64,000 nt of DNA from Nitrosopumilaceae archaeon (GTDB taxonomy: Archaea > Thermoproteota > Nitrososphaeria > Nitrososphaerales > Nitrosopumilaceae), in assembly GCA_965200155.1 (NCBI GenBank), contig CBDATR010000010.1, positions 224,001 to 288,000 of the forward strand, in the 5' to 3' direction. A program made the translations under genes and the position numbers. This document shows, piece by piece, positions 51,318 through 60,674 of this stretch; position 1 is the stretch's first letter; each line of letters starts with the position of its first letter. The notes beneath the pieces were generated by a model that made no database searches, was not told the DNA's origin, and worked only from the letters and a program-made list of their open reading frames with translations.

Positions 51318-52709
51318 TCAGGTAGCAGCTGCCATACCAAACTCATCATGCAGTGCCTGCACAACCACCCGGACATCTGAGTCCCTAACCACGAATGCCA
51401 AATTCATCTCCGAGGAACCCTGTGTTATCATTATTACATTCACGTTTTTGTCACTAACGGCCGTAAAGGCCCTAGACGCCGCACCCACAGTACCCCGCAG
51501 CCCCATCCCAATCAGGGCCACGATTGCTACATTGGCGGTAACATCAAGCTGTTTTATTATGCGACCCAAGTGTTCTATCTCCAGCGCATGCACCGCCCGA
51601 TGCAGATCCTTATTTTTTAGAACAATGGTAATGCTGGACTCAGAGGGATTCTGGGATATCATCATTACGCTTATCTCCGGGCCTGCCAGTGTATCGAATA
51701 TTCTTGCCGCTGTACCTGGCGAGCCCACCATACCAAATCCCCGTATATCGATAAGACCATTACCCCGCAGGGCACTGACACATTTAGTAGTATTAGAATG
51801 AGAAGGGGCCACCAAGGTGCCCCGGTGCACAGTGTTCGTGGCGCTACGAATTCGCAGCGGTATCTCATTGTCCATGACTGGATCAAATGTGCGTGGGTGT
51901 ATCTGTTTTGCGCCGAACATGGTCATTTCTATGGCTTCCGCATAGGATATCTCATCCAGTACCCGGGCATTCTCCACCAGGGAGGGGTCCGCGGTCATCA
52001 TGCCATCCATGTTTCCCATCAGCCATATCTGATCTGCATCCATACAGGAGCCTATTATTGTGGCAGTATAGTCTGATCCTCCACGTCCAAAAGTGGTAAT
52101 CTTGTTGTGTTGGTCGGCACCTGTATAACCGCCCAGTACAGGGATTATGTCCTCATCCAGCATACCGCCTATTGTCTTGGATACGCGCAGCCGGGTAGTA
52201 TCCATAAGGGGCTGAGCTTTCCCGAATTGGGAGTCTGTCATTATACCCGCATCCTTGCCACTCAGTGGCATGGCTCGTGCACCCCGGGCCTCCAAGGCAG
52301 CGGAGACCAGCAATATGGAGAGTCGCTCCCCAAAGGAGAGCAGGTAATCCAGTGAATGAGGAGTCTCCTCGCCCAATAGTAACAGGCCGTCAACCAACGC
52401 GCGTAATTCCGTCAGGGGAGTGTTCAGGTTTGCCAGCAGCTGATCTCGCGCCGATTGTTCGCCAGCCAATTTCAGGGCAATCTCATTATGGTACTCAGTG
52501 ATATCATGGATTAGTCTGGCAGTTCCCTGACGGTTGCCAGTACGTATGAGTTCAGAGATTTCCATAAGGGCATCGGTGGTGTCACCCGCGGCAGAGCAGA
52601 CCAGTATTATCTGATGGCGCCCGGACAAACCCACAATATACTCTGCAATCTTTTGTATTTGTAGGGCGGAAGATAGGGTACTTCCACCGTATTTGACAAC
52701 CAGTCTCAA
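51318..52709 (-). CDS. Aspartate kinase
   Basis: VVKYGGS, TTDAL, GERLS, TTFGRGGSDYTA, two ACT domains. Confidence 0.95.
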   Translation of the reverse strand: MRLVVKYGGSTLSSALQIQKIAEYIVGLSGRHQIILVCSAAGDTTDALMEISELIRTGNRQGTARLIHDITEYHNEIALKLAGEQSARDQLLANLNTPLTELRALVDGLLLLGEETPHSLDYLLSFGERLSILLVSAALEARGARAMPLSGKDAGIMTDSQFGKAQPLMDTTRLRVSKTIGGMLDEDIIPVLGGYTGADQHNKITTFGRGGSDYTATIIGSCMDADQIWLMGNMDGMMTADPSLVENARVLDEISYAEAIEMTMFGAKQIHPRTFDPVMDNEIPLRIRSATNTVHRGTLVAPSHSNTTKCVSALRGNGLIDIRGFGMVGSPGTAARIFDTLAGPEISVMMISQNPSESSITIVLKNKDLHRAVHALEIEHLGRIIKQLDVTANVAIVALIGMGLRGTVGAASRAFTAVSDKNVNVIMITQGSSEMNLAFVVRDSDVRVVVQALHDEFGMAAAT

Positions 52710-52723
52710 GAAAAGACCATCCG

Positions 52724-53470
52724 TTAGATTTCCACGCGAGGAGCCAGGTAGAAGTGTATATAACCCATATTTGCTATGGTGAATCCCACACGGAGTGGTT
52801 TGGCACTGGAGAATTCGCATGTTATATTCTCTGATGTACCGCCCACTGCACGGACCACCGGTAGCAGGTACTCAAGACTATAAGATCCGGTGCTGTTCTC
52901 ATCGGAGGCAACCTCCGCACTTGACGCGACTACTGCGCCCTCTCCGGAGTCACCCTTGCCGGAGAACTCTGCCCGGTCCCCCTCCACGGCTATGGTTAGG
53001 TATTCGGATATTACCTGAATGTCACCCAGTATCTTGTCCAGTGACGAGGTAGACATTGTAATTTTTGTATCAAATTTTATCTTTGGTAGGGGCGCGTCCA
53101 CCGCAGAGCCCTCGATGAGTTTGATTTTGTACTGCTTGTTCTCACCTATTCCAAGATGTAGTTGTTCATCCTGGGTAATACCAAGCTCCACATCATCACT
53201 CTTGGATGCGCGTTTCACCAGTTTTATTACTTCATCTACCCTTACTCCGAATTTTATCTCAGAATCACACGTATACGTAGAAAAGGCCGCGTTTGGCCAG
53301 GACACATCTATCAATGCCACGTGAGATGGATCCATGCCCCTAAAGGAGATACCCTCGCCGGATGCCTCAAAGGTGGCTTCTTCTACCAGTGTGGATATGG
53401 CGCTTAGCACGGCTTTGATATCATCTGAGCCGGTAGTCTTTGCCTGAAATGTCATGCTAAATTCGCCCAT
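52724..53470 (-). CDS. pcn: DNA sliding clamp PCNA
   Basis: LVEEATF, MDPSHVAL, YSLEYL, FYLAPR. Confidence 0.96.
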   Translation of the reverse strand: MGEFSMTFQAKTTGSDDIKAVLSAISTLVEEATFEASGEGISFRGMDPSHVALIDVSWPNAAFSTYTCDSEIKFGVRVDEVIKLVKRASKSDDVELGITQDEQLHLGIGENKQYKIKLIEGSAVDAPLPKIKFDTKITMSTSSLDKILGDIQVISEYLTIAVEGDRAEFSGKGDSGEGAVVASSAEVASDENSTGSYSLEYLLPVVRAVGGTSENITCEFSSAKPLRVGFTIANMGYIHFYLAPRVEI

Positions 53471-53840
53471 ATACGGTGTTATTAACCATGCTCATTGCAT
53501 GTTTCCCCGTGCAATCATGCAAATAGATTAGCCACTTAGTCATTATATTCTAATTACAAATTTTGTATATAAACAAAATATGGTCTGTGCTTGGCCAAAA
53601 CGCATGAATTTGTACAGATAATTCTGTCTTTTTGCATTGACCTATGTATAAACTCCAATGCATAACTAACCCGGTCTGTGTCCGGACATATTGGAACCCA
53701 TGGCATGGAATGCCATCATTATGCCATAGTGCCGCCCATCATCAAGGCATCCATAATATTTCACGTCCTGCTACTACAGTATACCATTTCCACACTACAC
53801 ACAATCGTGTTATTGGCGCGCAGGTTACACCCTAAAGCCG

Positions 53841-54868
53841 TCAATAGTACGAAAAGTAAGTCCGCTTAGGATCCGGCGTACAGTAGTTCAGATTGCACAA
53901 GCCAGATGGTAAAGAGGATAACAGAGGAATCAAGACAAAAGAGGCGTTGCCGCCACCAAAATAGCTCAAGACCTGAAACAAGACACGTACGAAGATTGTG
54001 AACCAGAGAACGGGGACGACTCAAGATGGGCAGGCCCAAGATACCAATCACCGCCACCCAGATACGAATGGTAACTGAAACATACGGCAAGGATCCCGCC
54101 GGAGTAGTACGTATTGCAAATAGACTTAGACAGAATTACAATATATCGCGCAGTATATCGCATAATGAAAAAGAACGGTACGGCAGGATCATCACCTGCA
54201 AAGTCAGAGTGGGTACACTATGAGCGTAAATATTCCAATGCAATGTGGCACTGGCATGTCATGAAAAGATGAGCGCTTCAGGGGACTGAATCTCATAGAT
54301 GATGCATCCAGGTGCATAGTCGGAGCGGCACTATTTGAGCATACAACCTCAGAGAACGCCACTCTATTACTGAGACTGGCAATGAAACGATTCGGCGCCC
54401 CTGCATCTCGGATAACGGCCGTGTTTCGTAGGACAATAAAAGGGCAAGAAAAGCTGGAAACCCACTATTCTAGGAAGAACTGCTGAATCAAGACATCATA
54501 CTAATCAATTCCAGACCATACCACCCGCAGACAAATGGCAAACTGGAGCGCTTCCATGGAATGATTGAGGACGAGATTTGGCATTATGACAGTCTCCGGG
54601 ATTATGTGGACTACTACAATGAGAGAAGATTGCACGTATGAGTTCACCTGTGTCTAAATTTACGCACAACTGATCGCGACAGTTAATGTGATTTGTGCAT
54701 AAGATTCCGGAAGACGTGAACTCATACGATTGCACTTCTCACTGGATATAGATAACGGCGAAACACCGCTTCAGGAATAAAAAGGCGACCCAGACAATTA
54801 GGGCAAATGATGCAAAATGGATGGAGCGGGATGCCAATGACTAGCGGACCGACTTTTCATACATTACA
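53841..54868 (+). mobile_element. IS481-like element with frameshifted transposase (copy 2), MITE inserted
   Basis: Closely matches 14910-15864; ends ...CATACATTACA. Confidence 0.85.
54636..54727 (+). mobile_element. MITE-1, TSD GATTGCAC
   Basis: TIRs and 8-bp duplication; empty site at ~15727. Confidence 0.97.
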
Positions 54869-54917
54869 CCCTAAAGCCGCATAACATTAAAATCCATTCT
54901 GTAAGGAAATGTGCATA

Positions 54918-55958
54918 ATGGGGCGTAACAAGAGTGTTTATGCGTCGGTAAAGTCGTATAGCCAGAGAGGCAAGCTGCTGAAACGGGAAGACTACCAGAT
55001 GCTGGCAGAGTCCAGAAACTTGGACGAGTTGGTAACCCGTATGCGTAACACAGTGTACGAAAGCGTCATGGCCGATGTTCCAAAACCCTACACAGCTCAT
55101 GGCATAGAGTCGGCCATTCGAGGCAACTTGGCTCAGGTCCACCACAAGATCTCACAGACCATGAGACGTTCTGCCATACTGGACGCATACTACATGAAGT
55201 TCATAATATTCAACCTAAAGATCATCCTGAAAGGAAAAGTCTTGGGAAAGAGCCAGGAGGACATAGAGGTTCACGTAAATTTGCGCGCAGAAGAGCTGCT
55301 CAAACAGCGAGAAATAGTAATGAAGGCGCTAGTGGCAAAGGATTTGGAGGAGGCAGTAGCCAATCTTAGCGGAACACGGTTCGGCGAGGAGATAATGCAG
55401 GCGGCAACCGCCTACAACGACAAGAAGAGTATTCAGGTATTTGACACATATTTTGATAAGATACTATATAGGCATCTCAGTCGTGCCCTCAGGGATAATC
55501 AGGATCACGACGTAAAGAGAATAGTAGGTCTGGACATAGATTCGTATAATCTCTTGTGTGTCATACGGGGCAAGTTCTGGAATCTGGATGAGGGGGCCAT
55601 AACAGACATGCTAGTCCAACCCACGGCTTCGGCGCCTCAGGAGTTATTGAGCAGAATGATAGCCGCGGGATCAGTGCGGGATACGCTAAATGAGCTGAAT
55701 AGTACCAAATACAAGAATCTGATTCCACAGGCCGACGATGAGATGGATGCGCTAGCCGAGTTTGAGAAGAGAGTTGAGAGACAGATATACGCCGCATCGG
55801 CACGCTCATTCACCAAGATGTTCGGCTTTGCAACAATAATCGGAATAACAAAACTGACCGGATACGAGGCACAGAATCTATCCGCGATTGCTTTTGCCGT
55901 AGGGCAGGGCATATCACCCAAGGTTACCGTGACCAAACTGGTGTTCGGCGGGGAGTAA
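54918..55958 (+). CDS. A/V-type ATP synthase subunit C
   Basis: YASVK...RGKLL, NLKIILKGK, IDSYNLLCVIRGK, EAQNLSAI. Confidence 0.88.
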   Translation: MGRNKSVYASVKSYSQRGKLLKREDYQMLAESRNLDELVTRMRNTVYESVMADVPKPYTAHGIESAIRGNLAQVHHKISQTMRRSAILDAYYMKFIIFNLKIILKGKVLGKSQEDIEVHVNLRAEELLKQREIVMKALVAKDLEEAVANLSGTRFGEEIMQAATAYNDKKSIQVFDTYFDKILYRHLSRALRDNQDHDVKRIVGLDIDSYNLLCVIRGKFWNLDEGAITDMLVQPTASAPQELLSRMIAAGSVRDTLNELNSTKYKNLIPQADDEMDALAEFEKRVERQIYAASARSFTKMFGFATIIGITKLTGYEAQNLSAIAFAVGQGISPKVTVTKLVFGGE

Positions 55959-56020
55959 ACTGTGCGCCTTAACCAAGGCCCGCATTAACATATATCACAC
56001 TCGTTATACATGATAAAATT

Positions 56021-56671
56021 ATGATGGGCGATCGTGATTACCGTTCTGTCATAAACAATACCCTAGAGTCACTGGGCAAAGAACTACAGCCAAGGATTGA
56101 CGCTAAGGACGCCAACGTAATACATCTCAGCGAGGTAGTCAGGTGTCTGCGCCGTGCATACTATGACAGAACCAGTCCCATAAACCAGGAATACCGCGGA
56201 TTCAGCGAGTTGATAGCGGGACTGTTACACAAGCTGCAGTATGGCGCCAAACCTGCAACATACGAAATGGGCGACATATCACTCCGGGGCGAGGCAGATA
56301 TGGTAATAGACGATTTGGTCATAATTTTCAGGCCTGCGGATCAGCTTATGGAGAATCCCCGGGCGGGAGATATGCTATACCTGAATGCGTGTATGTGGAT
56401 GTACAACAAGTATGACGGCATCATCGTATACGTGACAGGAGATAGACACGAATCGTCCTTTTCCCTTACTCGTAGCAAGCACATGTTTGAGGAGACGGTA
56501 CGCCGGGTTCGGGTTCTAAGCGAGATGTTACCAAAAAACAAGACACCAATCCTTGAGCCATCAGTGGACTGTGAAGATTGCCAGTACTACCAGAGATGCT
56601 TCACCCGCAGGAAAGAGAGTAAAACAGTCACCTTGGCCAGCATGCTAGGACTAAGTAAGAATCCCGAATAA
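56021..56671 (+). CDS. Stand-alone Cas4-like Fe-S protein
   Basis: HLSEVVRCLRRAYY, C-terminal CEDCQYYQRC, central GEAD. Confidence 0.75.
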   Translation: MMGDRDYRSVINNTLESLGKELQPRIDAKDANVIHLSEVVRCLRRAYYDRTSPINQEYRGFSELIAGLLHKLQYGAKPATYEMGDISLRGEADMVIDDLVIIFRPADQLMENPRAGDMLYLNACMWMYNKYDGIIVYVTGDRHESSFSLTRSKHMFEETVRRVRVLSEMLPKNKTPILEPSVDCEDCQYYQRCFTRRKESKTVTLASMLGLSKNPE

Positions 56672-56693
56672 AATGAAAAAGATTGAAGCGTAT

Positions 56694-56813
56694 CTACTCT
56701 ATAGGCGTGTGGTGTCCCTTGCCGCGTAGGGCAAAGCACACTACTGCCATTGCTATAGCAACTCCAACTGTCGCGCCGTAAGCTGCCATTCCCGCTTCTG
56801 CCATGCTAACCAT
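56694..56813 (-). CDS. 39-aa single-TM small protein
   Basis: MVSMAEAGMAAYGATVGVAIAMAVVCFALRGKGHHTPIE; TTTAAA box upstream, T-rich terminator downstream. Confidence 0.7.
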   Translation of the reverse strand: MVSMAEAGMAAYGATVGVAIAMAVVCFALRGKGHHTPIE

Positions 56814-56892
56814 GACTTTTTTAATACATTTAAAACTTTGTTAGTTTTATTTTTATTTTTTTATAGTATAATTTGAATATTATTATATTATA

Positions 56893-57432
56893 TTAATTCA
56901 GCAACTGATCAAACGTAACCTCATTCTCCTGGCCAGCAGTCATGGAACTGAGATTAAAGAATGCCTCACCGGTTACTCGCCAGGATGTAGTGCCTGACTC
57001 CAGCGCCGTCCAGAACCGTCCGGCCTCACCGGGGTTTTCCAGAACTATCCTGTCCCGCAGGGTGACAGAACCGCCACCCAGTATGGTATAGTATTCAGAG
57101 GAATCAACCATGCCGCCGGAACGGGTGCCCACTTGTCCCGCGATCACCCTCTCACCACTCTCAAATATTTGATACTTCACCAGCGACAGAAGGGTCGGTT
57201 TCGAGTTTGGATTGGTAATGGTCAGCACAAGCTCCAAGGTGGCGCCATCAGAATTTAGATTCACAACCTGCACATCATCAACGTTGATTGTAACAGGCGC
57301 TACTTGTGGTATAGTGCCGGGCTCAGTGGCAACATCACCATCCAACAGGGAGTTACCCAGCACCATCATGAACACAATGCCACCCCCGATGGCAGCAATG
57401 GCCACCCCCACGAGGATTTTAGGGTTCAGCAT
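56893..57432 (-). CDS. Membrane-anchored LEA_2/WHy-like protein
   Basis: N-terminal TM, LTITNPN...VKYQIF; resembles 10565-11065. Confidence 0.7.
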   Translation of the reverse strand: MLNPKILVGVAIAAIGGGIVFMMVLGNSLLDGDVATEPGTIPQVAPVTINVDDVQVVNLNSDGATLELVLTITNPNSKPTLLSLVKYQIFESGERVIAGQVGTRSGGMVDSSEYYTILGGGSVTLRDRIVLENPGEAGRFWTALESGTTSWRVTGEAFFNLSSMTAGQENEVTFDQLLN

Positions 57433-57530
57433 ACAGATTCATTATTGCTTGTGTGATAAATATTGAACGCTGCCAGCGGTGAACAGTCCTATGTGTATTG
57501 GATTAAATTTTGGTGATTCTGCTACATACC

Positions 57531-57887
57531 ATGAAACAATCTCCTGATCATACTACCGTGTATGTGGACGGATCCGGGGGCGAGAATAGTGGGTACGGAT
57601 ATGTGGTGCCGGAAACCGGAGAGTCCCACTATATCTACGAGCCCGGCCTTACAAACAACCAAGCAGAGTACAAGGCCATTCTAGCTGCTCTGGAGAAATA
57701 TGACTCACCAGCTACGATATACAGCGACTCCAAGGTTGTAGTCTCCCAGATAAATCACGAGTATGCAATCAATAACGGGGTTCTCCGGGACATGGCTCGC
57801 AAGGTGTGGGCCATCAAGGATAAAGGCACCCACATACGGTGGATATCACGCAAGGATAATGCGGCAGGCAAGATGTTGGGCAGTTAA
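57531..57887 (+). CDS. Ribonuclease HI-family protein
   Basis: VYVDGS, TNNQAEY, YSDSKVVVSQ, WISRKDN. Confidence 0.9.
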   Translation: MKQSPDHTTVYVDGSGGENSGYGYVVPETGESHYIYEPGLTNNQAEYKAILAALEKYDSPATIYSDSKVVVSQINHEYAINNGVLRDMARKVWAIKDKGTHIRWISRKDNAAGKMLGS

Positions 57888-57912
57888 ACACGATAATAAT
57901 TCAGCACGCATT

Positions 57913-58338
57913 ATGCCGCTACCTGTTAGCCTCAAAGAACTGCGCAAGGAGACGGTTGCCATAAATACCGGCAAGGATACCCCTGCCTTATTGCAGTACT
58001 TTGAGGCAGTTCGGAAGGGAAAACAGCGGGCCTCCCAATCCCAGATGAAGTTGTTCGATGTGGTAGGTTTTGCTATGCTTACGCTAACCACCAAAAAGGT
58101 GTCAGGGCAGTTCCTGCCCGTGGGTGAGGAAGAGTACGGGGCCATAATTTGTAATGATGAGGGGCATGTTGTATTAGTGGTAGACGAGGACGGCTTTACA
58201 AAGAGCCAATCAAAAGCAATGAGCAAGGAAGATGCGTTTACAATTTTTGCCAAATTACCACAAGATATCAGACCATACCCGGGCACCAGCATAACATTGT
58301 GGGCCAGGACATGTCCTACAGTACACGCGGGTAACTAG
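57913..58338 (+). CDS. Hypothetical protein
   Basis: 141-aa ORF filling the space between RNase H and pyrH. Confidence 0.65.
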   Translation: MPLPVSLKELRKETVAINTGKDTPALLQYFEAVRKGKQRASQSQMKLFDVVGFAMLTLTTKKVSGQFLPVGEEEYGAIICNDEGHVVLVVDEDGFTKSQSKAMSKEDAFTIFAKLPQDIRPYPGTSITLWARTCPTVHAGN

Positions 58339-59018
58339 TGAAGAATTTCCGTACCTACGACGCCGTTACCGGAGATAATTTTTATCAGGTTTTCTGGACT
58401 GGCACGAATTATTCTGGTGGGTATTGCAGAGCGCTCAATTACTTTGAGGGCTATTATGTCCATGAGATCGTATCCACCGGCGATAGATTCCTCCCGCACC
58501 AGCATATTCCGCAGGGACTCAATGTTAATGGTCTGCAAGAGTCGCGCCTCCCGGTTGGTATTGGGATCCGAATCGTATACACCTTCCACATCGGTGGCAT
58601 TTAGAAACATCTCGGCGCCCACCCTCTCTGCAATAAGTGCGGCAGTGCCATTTGTACTCTGACCGGGGTAAAGGCCGCCGGACACTACTATTAATCCACT
58701 GTCCGCGGCCGTATTGACCTCACGCAAAGTCGTGGGCGTATGGGGATATGCACCGGTACTCAGGGCGCATGCCAGGAGCTTGGCGTTTAATCTGGATACA
58801 TCTATCCCCAACTCATCCAAAGTAGACTCATCAGCACCCACAAGCCTGGCTCGACTTATGTAATAGCGGGCAATCTCCCCGCCCCCGGCTATGACAATTG
58901 GTTGTACATCATAGTTGTCTCGCATCATGCCCAATACCGATGCATACTCCCCCATGACTTTGGAATTATCCCTGGCAAAGACCCTACCGGACAATTTCAT
59001 TACAATACGCCGTTTCAC
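58335..59018 (-). CDS. pyrH: UMP kinase
   Basis: [33 protein letters not shown]. Confidence 0.93.
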   Translation of the reverse strand: MKRRIVMKLSGRVFARDNSKVMGEYASVLGMMRDNYDVQPIVIAGGGEIARYYISRARLVGADESTLDELGIDVSRLNAKLLACALSTGAYPHTPTTLREVNTAADSGLIVVSGGLYPGQSTNGTAALIAERVGAEMFLNATDVEGVYDSDPNTNREARLLQTINIESLRNMLVREESIAGGYDLMDIIALKVIERSAIPTRIIRASPENLIKIISGNGVVGTEILH

Positions 59019-59056
59019 GCACGCATGCCATTGCGTGCTAATTTAAGTCTGGAGAT

Positions 59057-60507
59057 TATAGCGGTCACCGTAAGTCTTTGAGAACATGGCACCTCATTCC
59101 TGGACAGTGCATGGGTTTGGCTTGTCACCATTATTCTCGCCCTGACGCCTCCGGTTGGGCGGGGAACGGTTCCCCGCCCCCCGGACGACACGCTCTGCCG
59201 CCCCATACAGGGAAACCGGTTACTAAACGCCGCGTTGATATCGGCGTGAAATTCCTGGTTACATATTGAGTGTCCCTAGTTGATCGTGATTTGTCGTCAA
59301 CGTGTCCACACACGTGATAGGTCTGGCTCGTTGGGCGGGTAAACCGCTCCCTCGTGTATTTCGCTGGCACAGCCACCAATTCAATCCCCAGTGCCTCGCA
59401 CTTTTGCTCCACTCTCCGGCGGAACTCACCTACCCAGTTCTCGCGCATAGAGCGGTTCATTGTTCTTTTGTGGTTCCCACCATGACTGGTCATTGATTTC
59501 GGTGATAAATCCTCTAGTACCACCTTGTCCACACTTTTGGTGATCGCGTGAACGATTCTATTCATGGAGTCGTTTCGCTATGTTGTTGGCTTTCTGTCGT
59601 AACTGAATGATTGTATGAGTTCACGTCTTCCGGAGTCTTACGCACAAATCACATTAACTGTCGCGATCAGTTATGCGTAAATTTAGACACAAGTGAACTC
59701 ATACTAATCGTGTTCCCGTTCGTGTCCGCCAAATGTTTACCGCCAACGTCCACGCAGCGAACAACGCCGGTTGACACGTGCCTTTCAGACACCATTCCAA
59801 CATTGATGTGAATCTCGAATTGACGCTCCCTGCTCTTGTTAACTCGTTCCACTAGAATGAGCGCATCTCCCCGGGAACGATCGATTGGTTGTTCTCACCA
59901 CGCCAAAACCGCACAGGCCCAACTCGAACTCACCACGACGGATTGGTGACCCCACACATGATAGTATGATTCTGTCATTGTCACGCCGGTGTGGCATGTC
60001 ATTGGAATAATCCCGTATGCGCGCCTGCACGCGACAGACGCCTGTAGTATGGCACTCCGGCCATAGTTAGCTGGTAACTCGCGCATCCACTCCAGATCAG
60101 GGCGCCACTTTGTCTATTTCAGGAACAACCCATTCTTGTTGGACGGGTAAACCGTCCCCCGATAACCGTTCTAGAACGTGGTAGCTGATTCAAGTATAAT
60201 GAATCACCCTTCTTTAGGCCGTATGGTGACTTGGCGTACTCGTTCTTATTCTTGATCTTGGCCGGATCATGCTTCAATTCAAGAGTGGTTCCGGGTATGT
60301 AGTAACCGCCAAGACTGATCTCGGATACGGCTCTATTATAGACATAATCGGATGTGTGACCAAATATCTTGGCGCGCCGGAAGAATTCCCTATCCGTTTT
60401 CAACTGCATTCCGGGTTATGTCATCCATCATCTGGTGATTCTACTCTGGTAGTGTTTCTATAAAAGTACGGTCCTATACCCGGCAAAGACTTATGGTGGG
60501 CGCTATA
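59057..60507 (-). mobile_element. tnpB: TIR-bounded element carrying a decayed tnpB (copy 2)
   Basis: Homologous to 47051-48585; TIRs TATAGCGGTCACCGTAAGTCTTTG / CAAAGACTTATGGTGGGCGCTATA (21/24). Confidence 0.88.
59613..59704 (-). mobile_element. MITE-1, no TSD, replacing about 100 bp of tnpB
   Basis: TIRs; the segment present at ~47681-47777 is missing here. Confidence 0.93.
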
Positions 60508-60674
60508 CATCGCCGGTAACAGCATTACACAGCTTTTGGTTGTCCAGCTGGTGGGATATCATAAACTCGCTCTCAGATTGAACCCCGAAGGCCCGTCACG
60601 CGTATGAGTGCAAGGATAGGTAAACTTATGCTATAACGTAGTTCGCTGATTTGTAATTCGCAAGCGATCACGTG

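Noticed and set aside
53645-53829. Possible TGT...ACA-ended element upstream of IS481 copy 2
   Set aside because: The inverted repeat is too weak and I saw no second copy.
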